Shown piece after piece: positions 50,365 through 61,894 of a DNA stretch of 64,000 nt; within the stretch, counting starts at the first letter, position 1, and every line of letters starts with the position of its first letter. A program made the position numbers and the translations under genes. The stretch is from Lama guanicoe (taxonomy: Eukaryota): contig MU054187.1 of assembly GCA_013239625.1 (NCBI GenBank), forward strand, positions 19,336,711 to 19,400,710, given 5' to 3'. The notes below the pieces were generated by a model, which worked only from the letters and a program-made list of their open reading frames with translations, had not been told where the DNA came from and did not search any database.

Positions 50365-50824
50365 TGGGACGCAGGAGACAGGGAGCCTTCCGTGGGGACC
50401 GCGCTCTGGCTGCGCACAGCCCCGCTGGCCCCGCACTGCCCGGGCGACGGCGGGTGCGGGGCGAGGCGCTGCCGCGCTGCACCAGCCGCCTCGGCTCCGC
50501 GGTGCCCGGAGCCCGGCACCCGTCAGGGCGCACCGCGCGACGGCGGCAGCGGCAGCGGCGACGGAGGCTGCACCCGGCCGCACGGTCCCGAGCGCTGCAG
50601 CTGCCGCCCGCGCGGGGAGTGCGGCGCTCCCAGCCCCTGGTGCGTGTCTCCGGCTCTGAGGGAATCGCGACGCTACAGGAAGGCGGCCCGGGGAAAAGCC
50701 GAGGCGCTGCTGCAGGTAGAGCCGCCAGCCCGCTCCCAGGCGGCCGGTCACATCGCGGGCGCGCCGGCGCACGAGCGGGAGGGTCGGCACCGCAATCGGC
50801 ACTCGCCGCCGCGCCGGGGAGAAT
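50365..50824 (-). other. Non-coding first exon (5' UTR); TSS approximate
   Basis: Lies inside the CpG island, downstream (minus sense) of GC boxes. Initiator-like TCATTCT on minus has its A at 50,824. Donor is CCA|GTAAGT (+ strand acttac 50,359-50,364). The only AUG is immediately followed by UGA. Confidence 0.75.
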
Positions 50825-50869
50825 GACAAGCGCCGAGGTGGAGCAGCCGTGCTGGGCGCGGGGCGCGAG

Positions 50870-51018
50870 TGCGCATGAGCCCGGCCCGCTGCGGCACGTC
50901 ACGGGAGGGGGCGGGGCGGGGCGGGGCGGGGGAGGGGGCGAGCCGGGCGGGGGTGGGCCTGCGCGCAGGGCGGACCCGGGCGCGGCGCCCTGCTCCCTGA
51001 GGGGAAGGTACCGGAAGT
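50870..51018 (-). promoter_or_regulatory. TATA-less proximal promoter with NRF1-like, CRE-half/HRE, tandem Sp/KLF GC boxes and ETS motifs
   Basis: GCGCATGAGC at 50,871-50,880 (1 mismatch to NRF1 GCGCATGCGC); CACGTCA at 50,895-50,901 (minus TGACGTG); tandem GGGGC units at ~50,907-50,932; ACCGGAAGT at 51,010-51,018. Motif matches only; binding not shown. Confidence 0.7.
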
Positions 51019-51279
51019 CTCCCGCCTGGGGATTTGTGAACCTAGGGCTGTGCGGTTGAACTTGTTTGACTCCAGAGTCCATTGTCCTGTACAAACCACT
51101 ATTTACTCTAAGCGATCCTTAGGGCGCTGGGCGAGCCCACAAAAGCCAATTTAGCTCAGGTTATAGTTTATCTGTGTAGGGCTGGGATTTAGGGGACAAT
51201 GTACCCGGGCCGTACAATGAAATAACTCAGGGAGCTAGTAAGAGCCTTTTGCCCCTACCGCACCCCAGAATCCAGAATA

Positions 51280-51660
51280 GAAGTACAGGAGAATCTCTGG
51301 ATGGGCCCCAGGTGCCATTAGGTTGTAAAGCTTCCCAGTTGATAGCTAAGTACAGCAGAGCTTCTCAAACCTTCAGCGTGTGACAGAATCTCCCGGGGAT
51401 TTTGTTAACGTGCAGTTTCTGATTCAGTACGTTTGGGTTCATTTCTAACAAGCTCTCAGGTGGTGCCAGCCCTGCAGGTCCAGACCAGCCTATCTTTGCT
51501 ACTCCAAGTGTGGTCCAGCGTCCCGAGCAGAGCTTACTAGTTGCGTAAGAATCACCTGAGTAGCTTTTTTAAAATTCAGAGCATATTCCCAGGCCTTATT
51601 CCCAGACGTTGTGGTTTAGCCGCTGGCAAAGGTGGGGCTCTGGAATGCCATTCCTAAGGA
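51280..51660. mobile_element. Stacked MER5-like fragments just upstream of the promoter
   Basis: gcttctcaaac...gaatctcccggggattttgttaa...ttctgattcagta...catttctaacaagctctcaggtg; ctccaagtgtggtcc; agaatcacctgag. Confidence 0.7.
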
Positions 51661-52830
51661 GCAATGTAGATGAGTATGATACAGGTGTTGTTTGAAGCAA
51701 ACTTCGGGATATTAGACCAGCAACCAGAAGTTGGGAATAGACTTTTGCAGTGAGAAGCCAAGCCTGGTATAGAACCAGGACATCTGACTCCAAGTCCAGT
51801 TTGGAGTCCCACTGGTGCTTTATCTGACTGGTTCAAATTTTCTGCGATTATTATGCATTACTTTACTTAGTAGGAAATCCCATTAAACACACACAACACA
51901 CAGTCTGTATTCCTTATATGTATCATTAAAGGAGGCTTAAAGCTGGCTTGGGAAGAAGGCTGATTAGGAGGGGAGGGTGGGAGAAGGGAGCAAAGTGATG
52001 GTGTAAGTGATGTTAAATGGTCCATTTCATAGTGCATCACAGACAGAAAGTTATATAGAAGACAAACTTCGGACTCTACCTAGATCCTGGAAAGGTGCCT
52101 TGGAGAAGATCCAGCGGCCAGGCTTGGGTGAAACTCAGGTGTTCCAGAGCTTAGGAATCTATGATACGTCATATACATTCCCTCACTGAAATCTCACAAT
52201 GATCTCATAAATTGGATAAGAAAGATGTATGCTCATTTTACAGATTTTAAAAAAGGATGCTCTGGCTATTATTAGTTGACATGCTCGAACAGTGGAACTT
52301 GAACAAGGGTACAGATCTGAGTGTTGAACGCGACTTCTATAACTCTAAGGGAAACGATTCATATCTTACATAGGAAACGGTTTCTGTTTATTACTCACAT
52401 CCTTTAAAGCTTGTGCCTCAATTTTGAGTTAGAAAAGCTTTTTTTTTTTTTTGGAGGGAAGAAATCCATTTTGTGTCTTCACCCCAGTTTTGCAGCTCCA
52501 CAAATTGCAGTGCAAAACATTGTTTCAAGAGCATCCTAGTTCTAGGACATTAAGTCACATGGTGCAGCCTTGGCTGAGAGGTTCAAAGAGCAACACTCAC
52601 ATTTTTCTGGTGACAAGTGCAATTATCATCTTCATTTTCTCCAGGCCCAAAGAAGATAAGTGAATTAGACAAAATCCAGGCAAAAGCCAGTCTCAGGTCT
52701 CTGTCCTTTTCCTCTGCTCTCCTTTCACCAAATGACCTCCTGAAGATTGTTTTCCAATTCCAAATTTTTCATACCAAGATTTGCCATCAGTAAATTAGAA
52801 CCCAAATGGTATTCCAAAGTCACTCCTTGA

Positions 52831-53326
52831 CCACATGTCCATCAACAGATGACTGGATAAAGAGGATGTGGTATGTATATACAATGGAATACTACTCAGC
52901 CATAAAAAAGAATAAAGTAATGCTATTGGCAGCAACATGAATGGACCTGGAGATCATCATTCTAAGTGAAGTAAGCCAGAAGGAGAAAGAAAAATGCCAC
53001 ATGATTTCACTTATATGTGGACTCTAAAAAAAAAAAAAAAGAAAGAAAGACACAAATGAACTTACCTGAAAAACAGAAACAGACTCACAGAAGTAAAGAA
53101 CAAACTTATGGTTACCAGAAGATAAAGGAGGTGGGAAGGGATAAATTAAGAATTTGAAAATTGCATCTCTTGGACAGTGATGGAAATGTTAGCTATCTTG
53201 ATTGTGGCAGTGGTTTCACTGGTGTATGCATCTATCAAAATTCATCAAATTGTACATTTGAAATATATATAGTTTACTGTATAGGAACCATACCACAATA
53301 AAGGTGTTAAAAACAAAAACAAAAAC
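52831..53326 (+). mobile_element. 5'-truncated L1 insertion with an apparently chimeric 3' end
   Basis: TSD aaagtcactccttga (52,816-52,830) / aaaatcactccttga (53,327-53,341); ORF2 end and 3' UTR, AATAAA and (AAAAAC)n tail. Confidence 0.9.
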
Positions 53327-56300
53327 AAAATCACTCCTTGATACAGAACCAGAAGTGTCAGGAACAATCCTTGTGCTTGTGGTAAGTGCTATGGATTATC
53401 CTGAGTAAAGCCTTGGAAGAAAGCATGTGATATTTATATGCAGTTTCCTGATCCAGAGGTTTGCCTTGGAATGCTGTATTGTAAACTGTGTCCTACCCAT
53501 CTTTGTCTTAACTTCCAATATAATTCTTCCATTAGAGCTACTCTTCTGTGTGATTATGAAAAAATAAATAAGTTAATGCCTAATTAAATGCAAATTCTCT
53601 GTAAATGAGGGAATTGGTTGTGGAATTTTGTTAGTTCAGTTTTTAATAAGAGAATATTTTAAATTAAAAAAGAGTTAGTGTGTAAAAATAGTTTTTTTGT
53701 TGTTGCTATTTCAATTTTCAGTAGCAAATAAATGTGTATAGAGGATCTTATTAAAATTTGAGTACCTTTTGAAAAAAAAGAGCTTGCATTAATAGTCACA
53801 TTGGGACTTTTAGGAAAGGAGTCCAAATTTGTCATCCTGTTTTCTTAGGTGTTAGAAACTCTAATCAAAATATTTATCTGTAGAGTAAATGAATTCATTT
53901 GCATATTAACTTTAAGAAAGCTAGGATTAAATTATATGAAAAGTTAACTAGTATGTCCCACTGCCATTGTATTTTGAGCCACTATCATTGGCATTAAATG
54001 CATGAAATGTGTAATATTGGCATAATACTAAGTGTGTCTTACTGTTGATTGTGTCTGATTTAGAATTTATTTCTCATTAGCTGCTGTTGTTGTCTGGCAG
54101 GAAAAAGAGCTACATTTTATTTTTCCTCTGAGGTTTGTACTCCTTGTGGGTCAGCAAAGTCTGCTGTTTGGCTGAGAATTTCTTCACTCAATGCCGCTAA
54201 AAATCCCAATAGTGAGGATTTCAATTATACAAATGCTAGCGACTCCATTGAGCCTATTCGTTGCTCATTCAAGAAGCTGTACCTAGAGTTGATTTTTATT
54301 AAACTCCTTCTGCTAAGAATCATAGACTTATCACTGGGCTGAGAGATTTTGGCCCCCAAATTCTCTGTATTTGTTAATTAAATTCCTTCATCCATTTCAC
54401 TCCAAGAGATTCTTTGACACGGAAATCTTCCAGCCTCTGCATACTTCATAGTTATAGTCCAGATAAGAGAACTATAAAGAGTCTGGGTCACGGGCAAAGC
54501 TGAGACAAAAGTGGGAACATAGAATTAGATTTCACTAGGGAAAAATGAAGCTGCCGTAAAAATTTATACAAGTTGTGCTTGAGTTTTGGACATGGTTTAT
54601 TACCAAGTTTGCCTAGTTTGAACACATGCAGCTGCTAGTAACTACCCTGGAAACCATAACTGAATCCCTGGTAGGATGTGGGGGTGGAGGTGGGAGTGGG
54701 GTTAGGGAGATTAGCATTCTGTCTTTTTTTTTCCCCCTGGGAAACTTTTGAAAACTATTGAAAAGCCCAGTTCTTTCCCTGAGACAGGAAAATTAAGAAG
54801 TGCCTGACTTTCAAATGTTTACTTCTCAACTGCTTGTTCTAAATACTTTGTTTAGAAGGTAGGGCAGTCAACATAACAAATGATCTGGATTTTCAGGCTA
54901 GCTTCAAAATGTTTCTTAAACCTACAAATATATATCGTTCACTGCAACTCCAAGGCTGAAAGAAAATGGGTGCCGGGTGAGGATTCTGACCTAATGGTAA
55001 GAGTGGGGTCTGGGGTTGAGGAAGATGGAATTTAGGGACCAAAGAGGAAGGCTGGCTATAGTCTTGGTGGCTAAGAAGCAGAGGCTGGCTCAGATTGTTT
55101 ATCAGCAGCCTCTGAGATAAACTTAGGAAAAGAATGGGCCTGTGACCAAGAATAACAGTTGAAACTGTACCTGCAGCTTAGCGCTTGCATTTACTTAAAT
55201 TTTGAGGGTTCCATGTTTGACTTAATCTATAGGAAAGAATGATCAGAAATTAATAGGTCATTAATCCCTTTTAAATTGGTAAATGCTTGAAAGAACTACT
55301 GCAGAAATGTACACTCAATTTTCACCTCTAAGAAATATCCACCTCTCCCTTCCAAACAAGTTGCACACTGATTGAAGGAGGAGACTGGTAGAGAGGCCGT
55401 GTGCATGGCTGGAACCACATGGGACTGTCTGGCTCCAGCTCCTAGCATCTCCATCTGCCGCTGTGATCACATGGCTGCCATCTTTGATTACACAACTTGG
55501 AGTAAGAATAGTTTTAAGTACATAGTAGGTTCCTAATAAATGCTAGATATTAGGGTTAGCTTTTTTTTTCTCTCCCAGAGTTAAAAATTATATCTAGATG
55601 TCCCCTAATGCCTATTTTAATGTAAGCAATGATTAACTGTAATTTGTAAAGGAGTGCTTTCCTTTCCTGCCGGAAGACTTAAGAATGACTTTCAGACTCC
55701 TCTGAGAATGGAGAAATCATGTAGAAAAGACTTTCAGGGAGATCAAGATAAAGCCTGCTAAGGTTCCTCTGTGGCCTTACGCCATACTGCAGAGGAAAAG
55801 GCAGGGCTTAGGACTTGACACTTCCAGATCGTTCTACTGGGAGAAAGAAATTATGGTGGGAAAAAAGACAGTACATACAAAAGTGAGACCAGAGCACATT
55901 AAAGAAATACTGTCATATTTTAGATTAAAGAATGGCTATTCCTCTCATCCTTTGTCATCTTGACCTTACACATTCCTTAAACTTCCATTCTGATATCATT
56001 GTCCAAGATTGGTGCCTATTAAAGTGATGTGAGTATGTAATACTCGTAACATTGACAGGCACTTCTTAGTTCACTTCTTAATTCTTCTGCCTTTATCACT
56101 TTCATATAATACAATTCTTAAAAACTCAAGTTTGAAGTAAGCATCAGAGAAAACTGAGTGTTTCATTGGTCAAAAATAATTTACCAGCCAACAGACAAAA
56201 ATTCAGGATTGAGAAAGATGTATAAAGTGATCGAGAGTTTTACTTCCAAGATGGAGTGAGCTAGTGGCTCACTCTCCGAAGTCAGAAAGATATGGAAGGC

Positions 56301-57816
56301 TTTTAGTGGTGAAAACGTTGCTGTCATTTCTTTCTCCATCCCCACCCACTCAGCATTTTTCAGCAAATAGACTTTTCTATTCTCAGTCCTGCATCATCCC
56401 TGGAGTGGAGGCTATATCTTGTTATGGAGAGATGCCTGATGATAGCGGGGAGGGTGGGGTGGGATTCAGTATTCTGTGGCTTTTCCTTTGAGCCAGAAGC
56501 CCATTTAGGAGTGGAGAAATATGCATGGTTTACTTGTCTTTCATCTTCAGTCTGCTTAAGGTTACCTATATGGAAAGTGGGGATATTAAAAGTAGCTATT
56601 ATTATTCTTTGAAAGAGTCAGCTATTTACCTATTCCCACTTCCCCATGAAGAAGGAGCATTTAGTTTCTGTTCCCTCCCCTACTCCCAAAGAAGAGAACA
56701 CCCTCTAGAGAGGGGTGCTAGTGAGAACTAGAGAGAGTGAGGGCTCCCCAAAGTTTCCACACACTTGGCAGTACTCAAACCTACTATTCTCAACAGGCGA
56801 CAAAAACTCCTGGAATTTGAGATGTTAATTGAGTGGTTGGTGGTCACATCCTCAGTGGAGTCTCAAACATATTTTATGGGGGATGGAAAAAAAAAAAAAC
56901 ACAAGCATGTAGCCCGCTAGAAGAGCAGAACTTGGAGATTTCATAGCAATTCACAGAGAATTCCCAGAGGCAGAAGTCGTAAAGTAAACCATCACTCCAA
57001 GATGTCTTGTAAAAACAGCAGTTGGTTTTAGAAATATTTAATCCCGAATTCCACTGAAGTGCACATGGTATTTCCTGTTTCTGAAAACACAGAAGAAAAT
57101 TAAGCTCTGCTTGAAAGAAAGCAAGCAGAGCCAGATGTTGGGGTCGGGAATGATCTGCAGAGCCTAACACTCATGTGGCGGCAGTCGGGGGAAATGCGTG
57201 ACAGCTGTCTGAAGCCATGGGAGCCTAATTTCTCTTGGCGAGGAAAGAAACAAAGTGTAGGGGCTGTTTTATTTATATATACAAGCAGACAGCTGAGTGC
57301 AAGAGACAGTATTTTGGTTTCTAAAGCCAGTAACAGCACTTTTAAATATTATTTATATTCCTTTGCCATACTTTGTCCGAATCATTTATTCAAGGAATGT
57401 TCGGTATTCAACCAACTACAGTACCATTCTAAAGCGATTTTTTTCCCAGAAAATACTACACTATTAGATTTTAAAACTAGTTATAGGCAATGTGATGGTA
57501 GCTTGCTTTGTCTATGTTAATAATTAGAATTTTAGTCTGAAAATAAATGACTGGGGTTCTTGATGAAAAGAGCCTTGGGCAGACAGGAGTGATCACAATC
57601 TGCTTTATCTTTTACTCGACCCTACCCTCAAATCTTTGGTCAGACTGGTTTGCATTTCATTGCTCCACTATTCTCTGTACTTTCTTGCTTTAGTGTTTCA
57701 CTATTTATTATTATTTGTGTGTCCCTGTGTTATTTAATTATATTCAATTTGATTTTATTCTAATAAAAAATTTTCATTTTAACTATTCATTCATTCATTC
57801 ATTCATTCCCTCTCTT

Positions 57817-58230
57817 CTTTAAAATTGAAGTGTAATTGACCTACAACACTATGTTAGTTTCAGGTGCACAACATAGTGATTCAATATTTCTATACAGTAC
57901 AAAATAATCACCATGCTATGTCTCGTTACCGTCACCATACAAAGACATTACAGTACTATTCACTATATTCCCCATGCTATACATTTCATACCTGTGACTC
58001 ACTTATTTTATAACCACATGTTTGTACCTCTTCATCTCCCCATCTATTTCACTCATTCCCCTACTCCCACTTCTCTGGCAACCACCTGTTTATTCTTTGT
58101 GTCTATGAGTCCATTTCTGTTTTGTTATGTTTGTTCATTTGTTTTGCCTTTTAGATTCCACATATAAGTGCAATTACACACTATTTGTCTTTATCTGATT
58201 TATTTCACTTAGCATAATACCCTCTAGGTC
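57817..58230 (-). mobile_element. L1 3' end, preceded by a (TTCA)n run at ~57,786-57,808
   Basis: attgaagtgtaattgacctacaacactatgttagttttcaggtg...tagattccacatataagtg...atttcacttagcataataccctctaggtc. Confidence 0.9.
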
Positions 58231-61200
58231 TGCGCAGAAATGACATCACCATCTCAAGATGAAGAAGAGAGCAATTGTATCAAGTGATTATGCTCATATC
58301 AGTCAATCTTCTCATGTTGGTTTGTGATCGGGGAAGTAATCAACACATTTTAGTATGTTTATCCCATCTCTCCAGCTGGACTGTATGCTTGTGGGAATCA
58401 AGTCCACATTTCCCATGTCTTTACATTTCAAACTATGTCTAGTGAACTGTCTTAAAAACCCCGAAGTACTAATGACATGCTTTATGGTTGATATGATGCT
58501 GTACAAATAAGTACTTTTTAATTAAAATACTCATTTTTCATTTCATGTCTATTTAAGAGCCTTGTCTCTTTGGACATTAACACTTTTTTCCTCTCTTTAT
58601 TTCACAAATAGGAAAAGCTAAGCCATAGATAAGCCTCTTTCCTAAAAATCTCAGAGTAGTCAGGACCAGACCTGAAATTAAAACTCCATCTCACTTGGGC
58701 TTCTAAGCCTGTCACTTAGCTTGCCACACCTTCCTTAAGTATTAAGAATTACTGGTCTTTTTCAGTTCCAACCATTATATGGATGATGACAGACAATGAT
58801 GTGGCCCTCAAAGTTAGAAGCAGGTTTTATTACTCAAGGGGAGCTTATCATCCATCTTAGAATTGTTCACTTAGCCTTATGTTTATGCTAGTAATTAAAC
58901 TCAATGTCTTCTTGCCAAATTAAGCCAGTGAATCACTTATCCTGATAGGAAAGGTTAGGAATCTCTCTTCAGATTTTCACCCCTAAAAAGGAAAAGAAAT
59001 AGACATCAAGCATTGCCACAAACAGAAATAAGAAACGTTTTAAAAAACCCTCAAGAATAGAAAAATCACTGTATTGCCTATCAAGCAGGTTAAAATTTAA
59101 TTTGCTCTGTTGAATTGTAGCTGAACTCACTCTCTTGAGTCTTTTTCATGTTCTATATCAGAACTGAAACAATAACTTTGCAGCCAGAGGAATTTCTAAT
59201 GACTATGGGGGATAACCAGTTAACAATTTGTTTAAGGAGGGAGAAGAGAATAGAAATGTTGTTTTATTTTATCTGATTTAATGTTACTCTTCAGAAGTAA
59301 TTACTTGCTTTGCTAACACACCAAACGTTTACTTTATTACCAACAGAATCTCTGGAAAGAGATTCTGGACTTAGGGACTAGTCATTACTGGAACATACTA
59401 TTTGACAGCATGCGATCATGCCCATTAAGAGCTTTAAATTCCCCTCAAACATGTGGTAGGAAAGGTCAACGTTTATTTAACCCAGTGCTGAGTACTAACA
59501 AGCTTGGTAATAAACTTGCATTGATAAGCTGATTCTCGACACATTTCCTGAAGAGCTTTATCTAAATGGCAAACATGGGCAGGAATGATTGTTTCCTGCA
59601 GTCTTAAGTTTAGACATCCTTGTGACACTTTCTCTGAGTCAAAGCAGATGATTTTAGTGGAAATTTTGTAGTTAAAAGAAAGGTTCACAGTCCATCCCTG
59701 CTGGAAGACTCCTGGATAAATAGTGATGTCTGTTCCATAGAAGCTTTTGTACGTACATGTCCTCAAATGAGAGACACCTGGGTGATTTGACTTTTCAAGA
59801 GAAGGTCTCAGAGACTGGCCTGATTTTATGACAACAGTGTTCAGTTCCAGAGGCGTCCAGATTGGTTCTCTTTTGAGATTCACTCTGATTCCAAAATTCT
59901 AGAATTCCAGAGCATGTCCAGGTGAATCTAGACTCTTCTGAATTAGGAATGATTCAGCCTGCTGGGCTGTAGACTCACCTTCCCGGGACCACAGGAGAAT
60001 TGATAGAAGCTTGGTTAGAAAAAAAAAAGTGGCCTTGGCTAGAGAATTCTGTATCTGCTACAATAGGGACCCCCAAACAGTTTTCCTTTTTTTAGGAGGG
60101 AGAGTCGATGATGAGATTCAGCCCCCAGCACGTGGGTAGCAGCGTGGGCTCTGGGGGATGGTAACACAAGCTATGTGCTGGCTCCCATTCAGGGAGAGTG
60201 ACTCACCTGAGTGGTGGGCTTGGAAGAAGAAACCGGGTGTGTACAGCCCACGCCCTCCTCTTCCCTTTCAGGGGGGGAGCCGCCGGCAGGAATGAGCGTC
60301 CTGCCTCAGGGACTGGTTGGTTCCGGAAGTCCAGCATCCCCTGCAGCAGAGAAAGGTAGCCTCTAATTTTGGAGAAGGCGAGCGTGTGGTATCAGGATGC
60401 CTGCTGGCTCATCAATGTATTGTCACATCCCCTGATAGCACCTTTATTGGTAACAAATGCTATATTGTGGTCTCCATAGACCTAACTTCTCTATCTATGC
60501 TTTAATTTCTTTGGAATTTAAGTGAGGAAAAAAAGTCATGAATTACTGAGTACCCTTGATTTCTGACATTCAGGAAGAAGTCGTTGACCCTTTCCCATGG
60601 GGCCTCTGGTTTTCCAGCTCAAATAAATAGGTTTATACTGATTCATCTGCCTTGCCTTCTTTCATCACCCCTAACGGTCCGCGTATTTTTCAGGGTGACT
60701 GTGGACTAATGGAACTAATCCTCACATAGACTTCGAATACTTTAAAGCTGAGTCAATGAGTGGAAAGAATTTAATTTAATAATAAGTTCATCCTCCACGT
60801 GTGAAGTGTGCTGTAAAGAGATATCAGTGAATATGCTCATACTTACAAATGTTTAATTTTATGTATGACTTTAATGCTAAAGGAGCTTGTTCTATGACAT
60901 TGTCATCGGACACACAATAGGAATAAAATGCATGTTGAAATGGGACTTGTCTATGCAATATGAGATGCCTGCCATTCAACTAATTTATAAAATAAAGAAA
61001 AAATGAAGTGGAAGGAGACCAGGTTCAAATACATACTGCCCACTAATGGCCAAGCTGGGTGCAAATGGTGGCTTTTGATTGTCCTAGGTAAGCCCTGGAG
61101 CTGACGTCATTCCTAAACAACATACAGCATAGCTTACATGTTGACTGCTTTTAAATCCGGGGCTCCCACAACAGTGTCATCCTTTCAGCTCAATCTGGCA

Positions 61201-61449
61201 AACATTCAACTGACTCAGACTTTCTCTATGCCATGTTCTACACTCTGTGTGGGCAAAAGAGCAGTGAACCAGATAAATATGGACCAAACCCTCAGGGAAA
61301 AACAATGGAAGGAACCCAACTGCGTTTGTTAAATTTGTAATTATTAGCAAAGAACTATTTTCTAAAATTAAAAGTGCCATGATTTAAAAATACGTATTAT
61401 AATTTTGTATTGCTTTGTTTTTTATATTAGGAAAAAATTAAGAAAAAAA

Positions 61450-61720
61450 GACCCTGAGTGTTCATCAATAGAAGATGGCTTCATAAATTATGGTACTTCT
61501 ATTTTATGAAATATGCAGTTATTTGATAGAATGAGGTAGATCCAAATAAAAGGATTGGGAAAATGTAATGACATGTTAAGAAAAAGTTAGTTATGTGTAC
61601 AATTCCATTTTTGTAAAAAAAAAAAGTACCAATGGTATGTATACGGATACCGTATATGTTAGCTTTGCACAGGGAAGGGGCATACCAAATTTGTAACAGT
61701 GGTTACATCAACTGGGCAAA
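61450..61720 (+). mobile_element. Old L1M 3' fragment
   Basis: gtgttcatcaatagaagatgg...aaattatggtac...gaatgaggtagatc...aacagtggtta. Confidence 0.6.
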
Positions 61721-61894
61721 CTTTCGAATTATAACTCAGAGAAGTAGTACTTTTAATTTAAAGCATTGAACCAAATGCTTTACTAGTGAACAAAATACAA
61801 ATGTTTAGCGGAAGAAAAACCCAGAAAACACCTAAACTAAGAAAAATAAACAGGAGTATGGTAGAGATGAACGGTAGTGGCCAGAAGATGAACA

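Larger units (their letters stand above)
1..50824 (-). other. PAG1: 5' non-coding part (exon 1, ~41-kb intron 1, exon 2, start of intron 2) of a minus-strand gene whose CDS lies left of the window; tentatively PAG1
   Basis: Seen: CpG-island promoter, minus-strand donor at 50,365, strong exon at 9,246-9,313, no coding exon. The gene name is inferred only from recalled PAG1 architecture (CpG-island non-coding exon 1, short non-coding exons separated by roughly 40-kb introns, gene-poor upstream region). No coding sequence is available to confirm it; BLASTN of exons 1+2 is needed. Confidence 0.45.
50020..51060. promoter_or_regulatory. CpG island / promoter
   Basis: About 1 kb of very GC- and CpG-rich sequence in an otherwise CpG-depleted, AT-rich window. 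Confidence 0.95.

Noticed and set aside
50273..51099. Long ORFs on both strands over the CpG island (up to 249 aa)
   Set aside because: Ala/Arg/Pro/Gly-rich and overlapping in several frames, as expected from stop-codon scarcity in GC-rich DNA; mostly non-AUG starts and no recognisable domain.
53588..53904. Octamer enrichment (sites at 53,588 and 53,897, plus 40,113, 41,267 and one in MER2)
   Set aside because: A few copies of this AT-rich 8-mer are expected by chance in a window of this size and composition.
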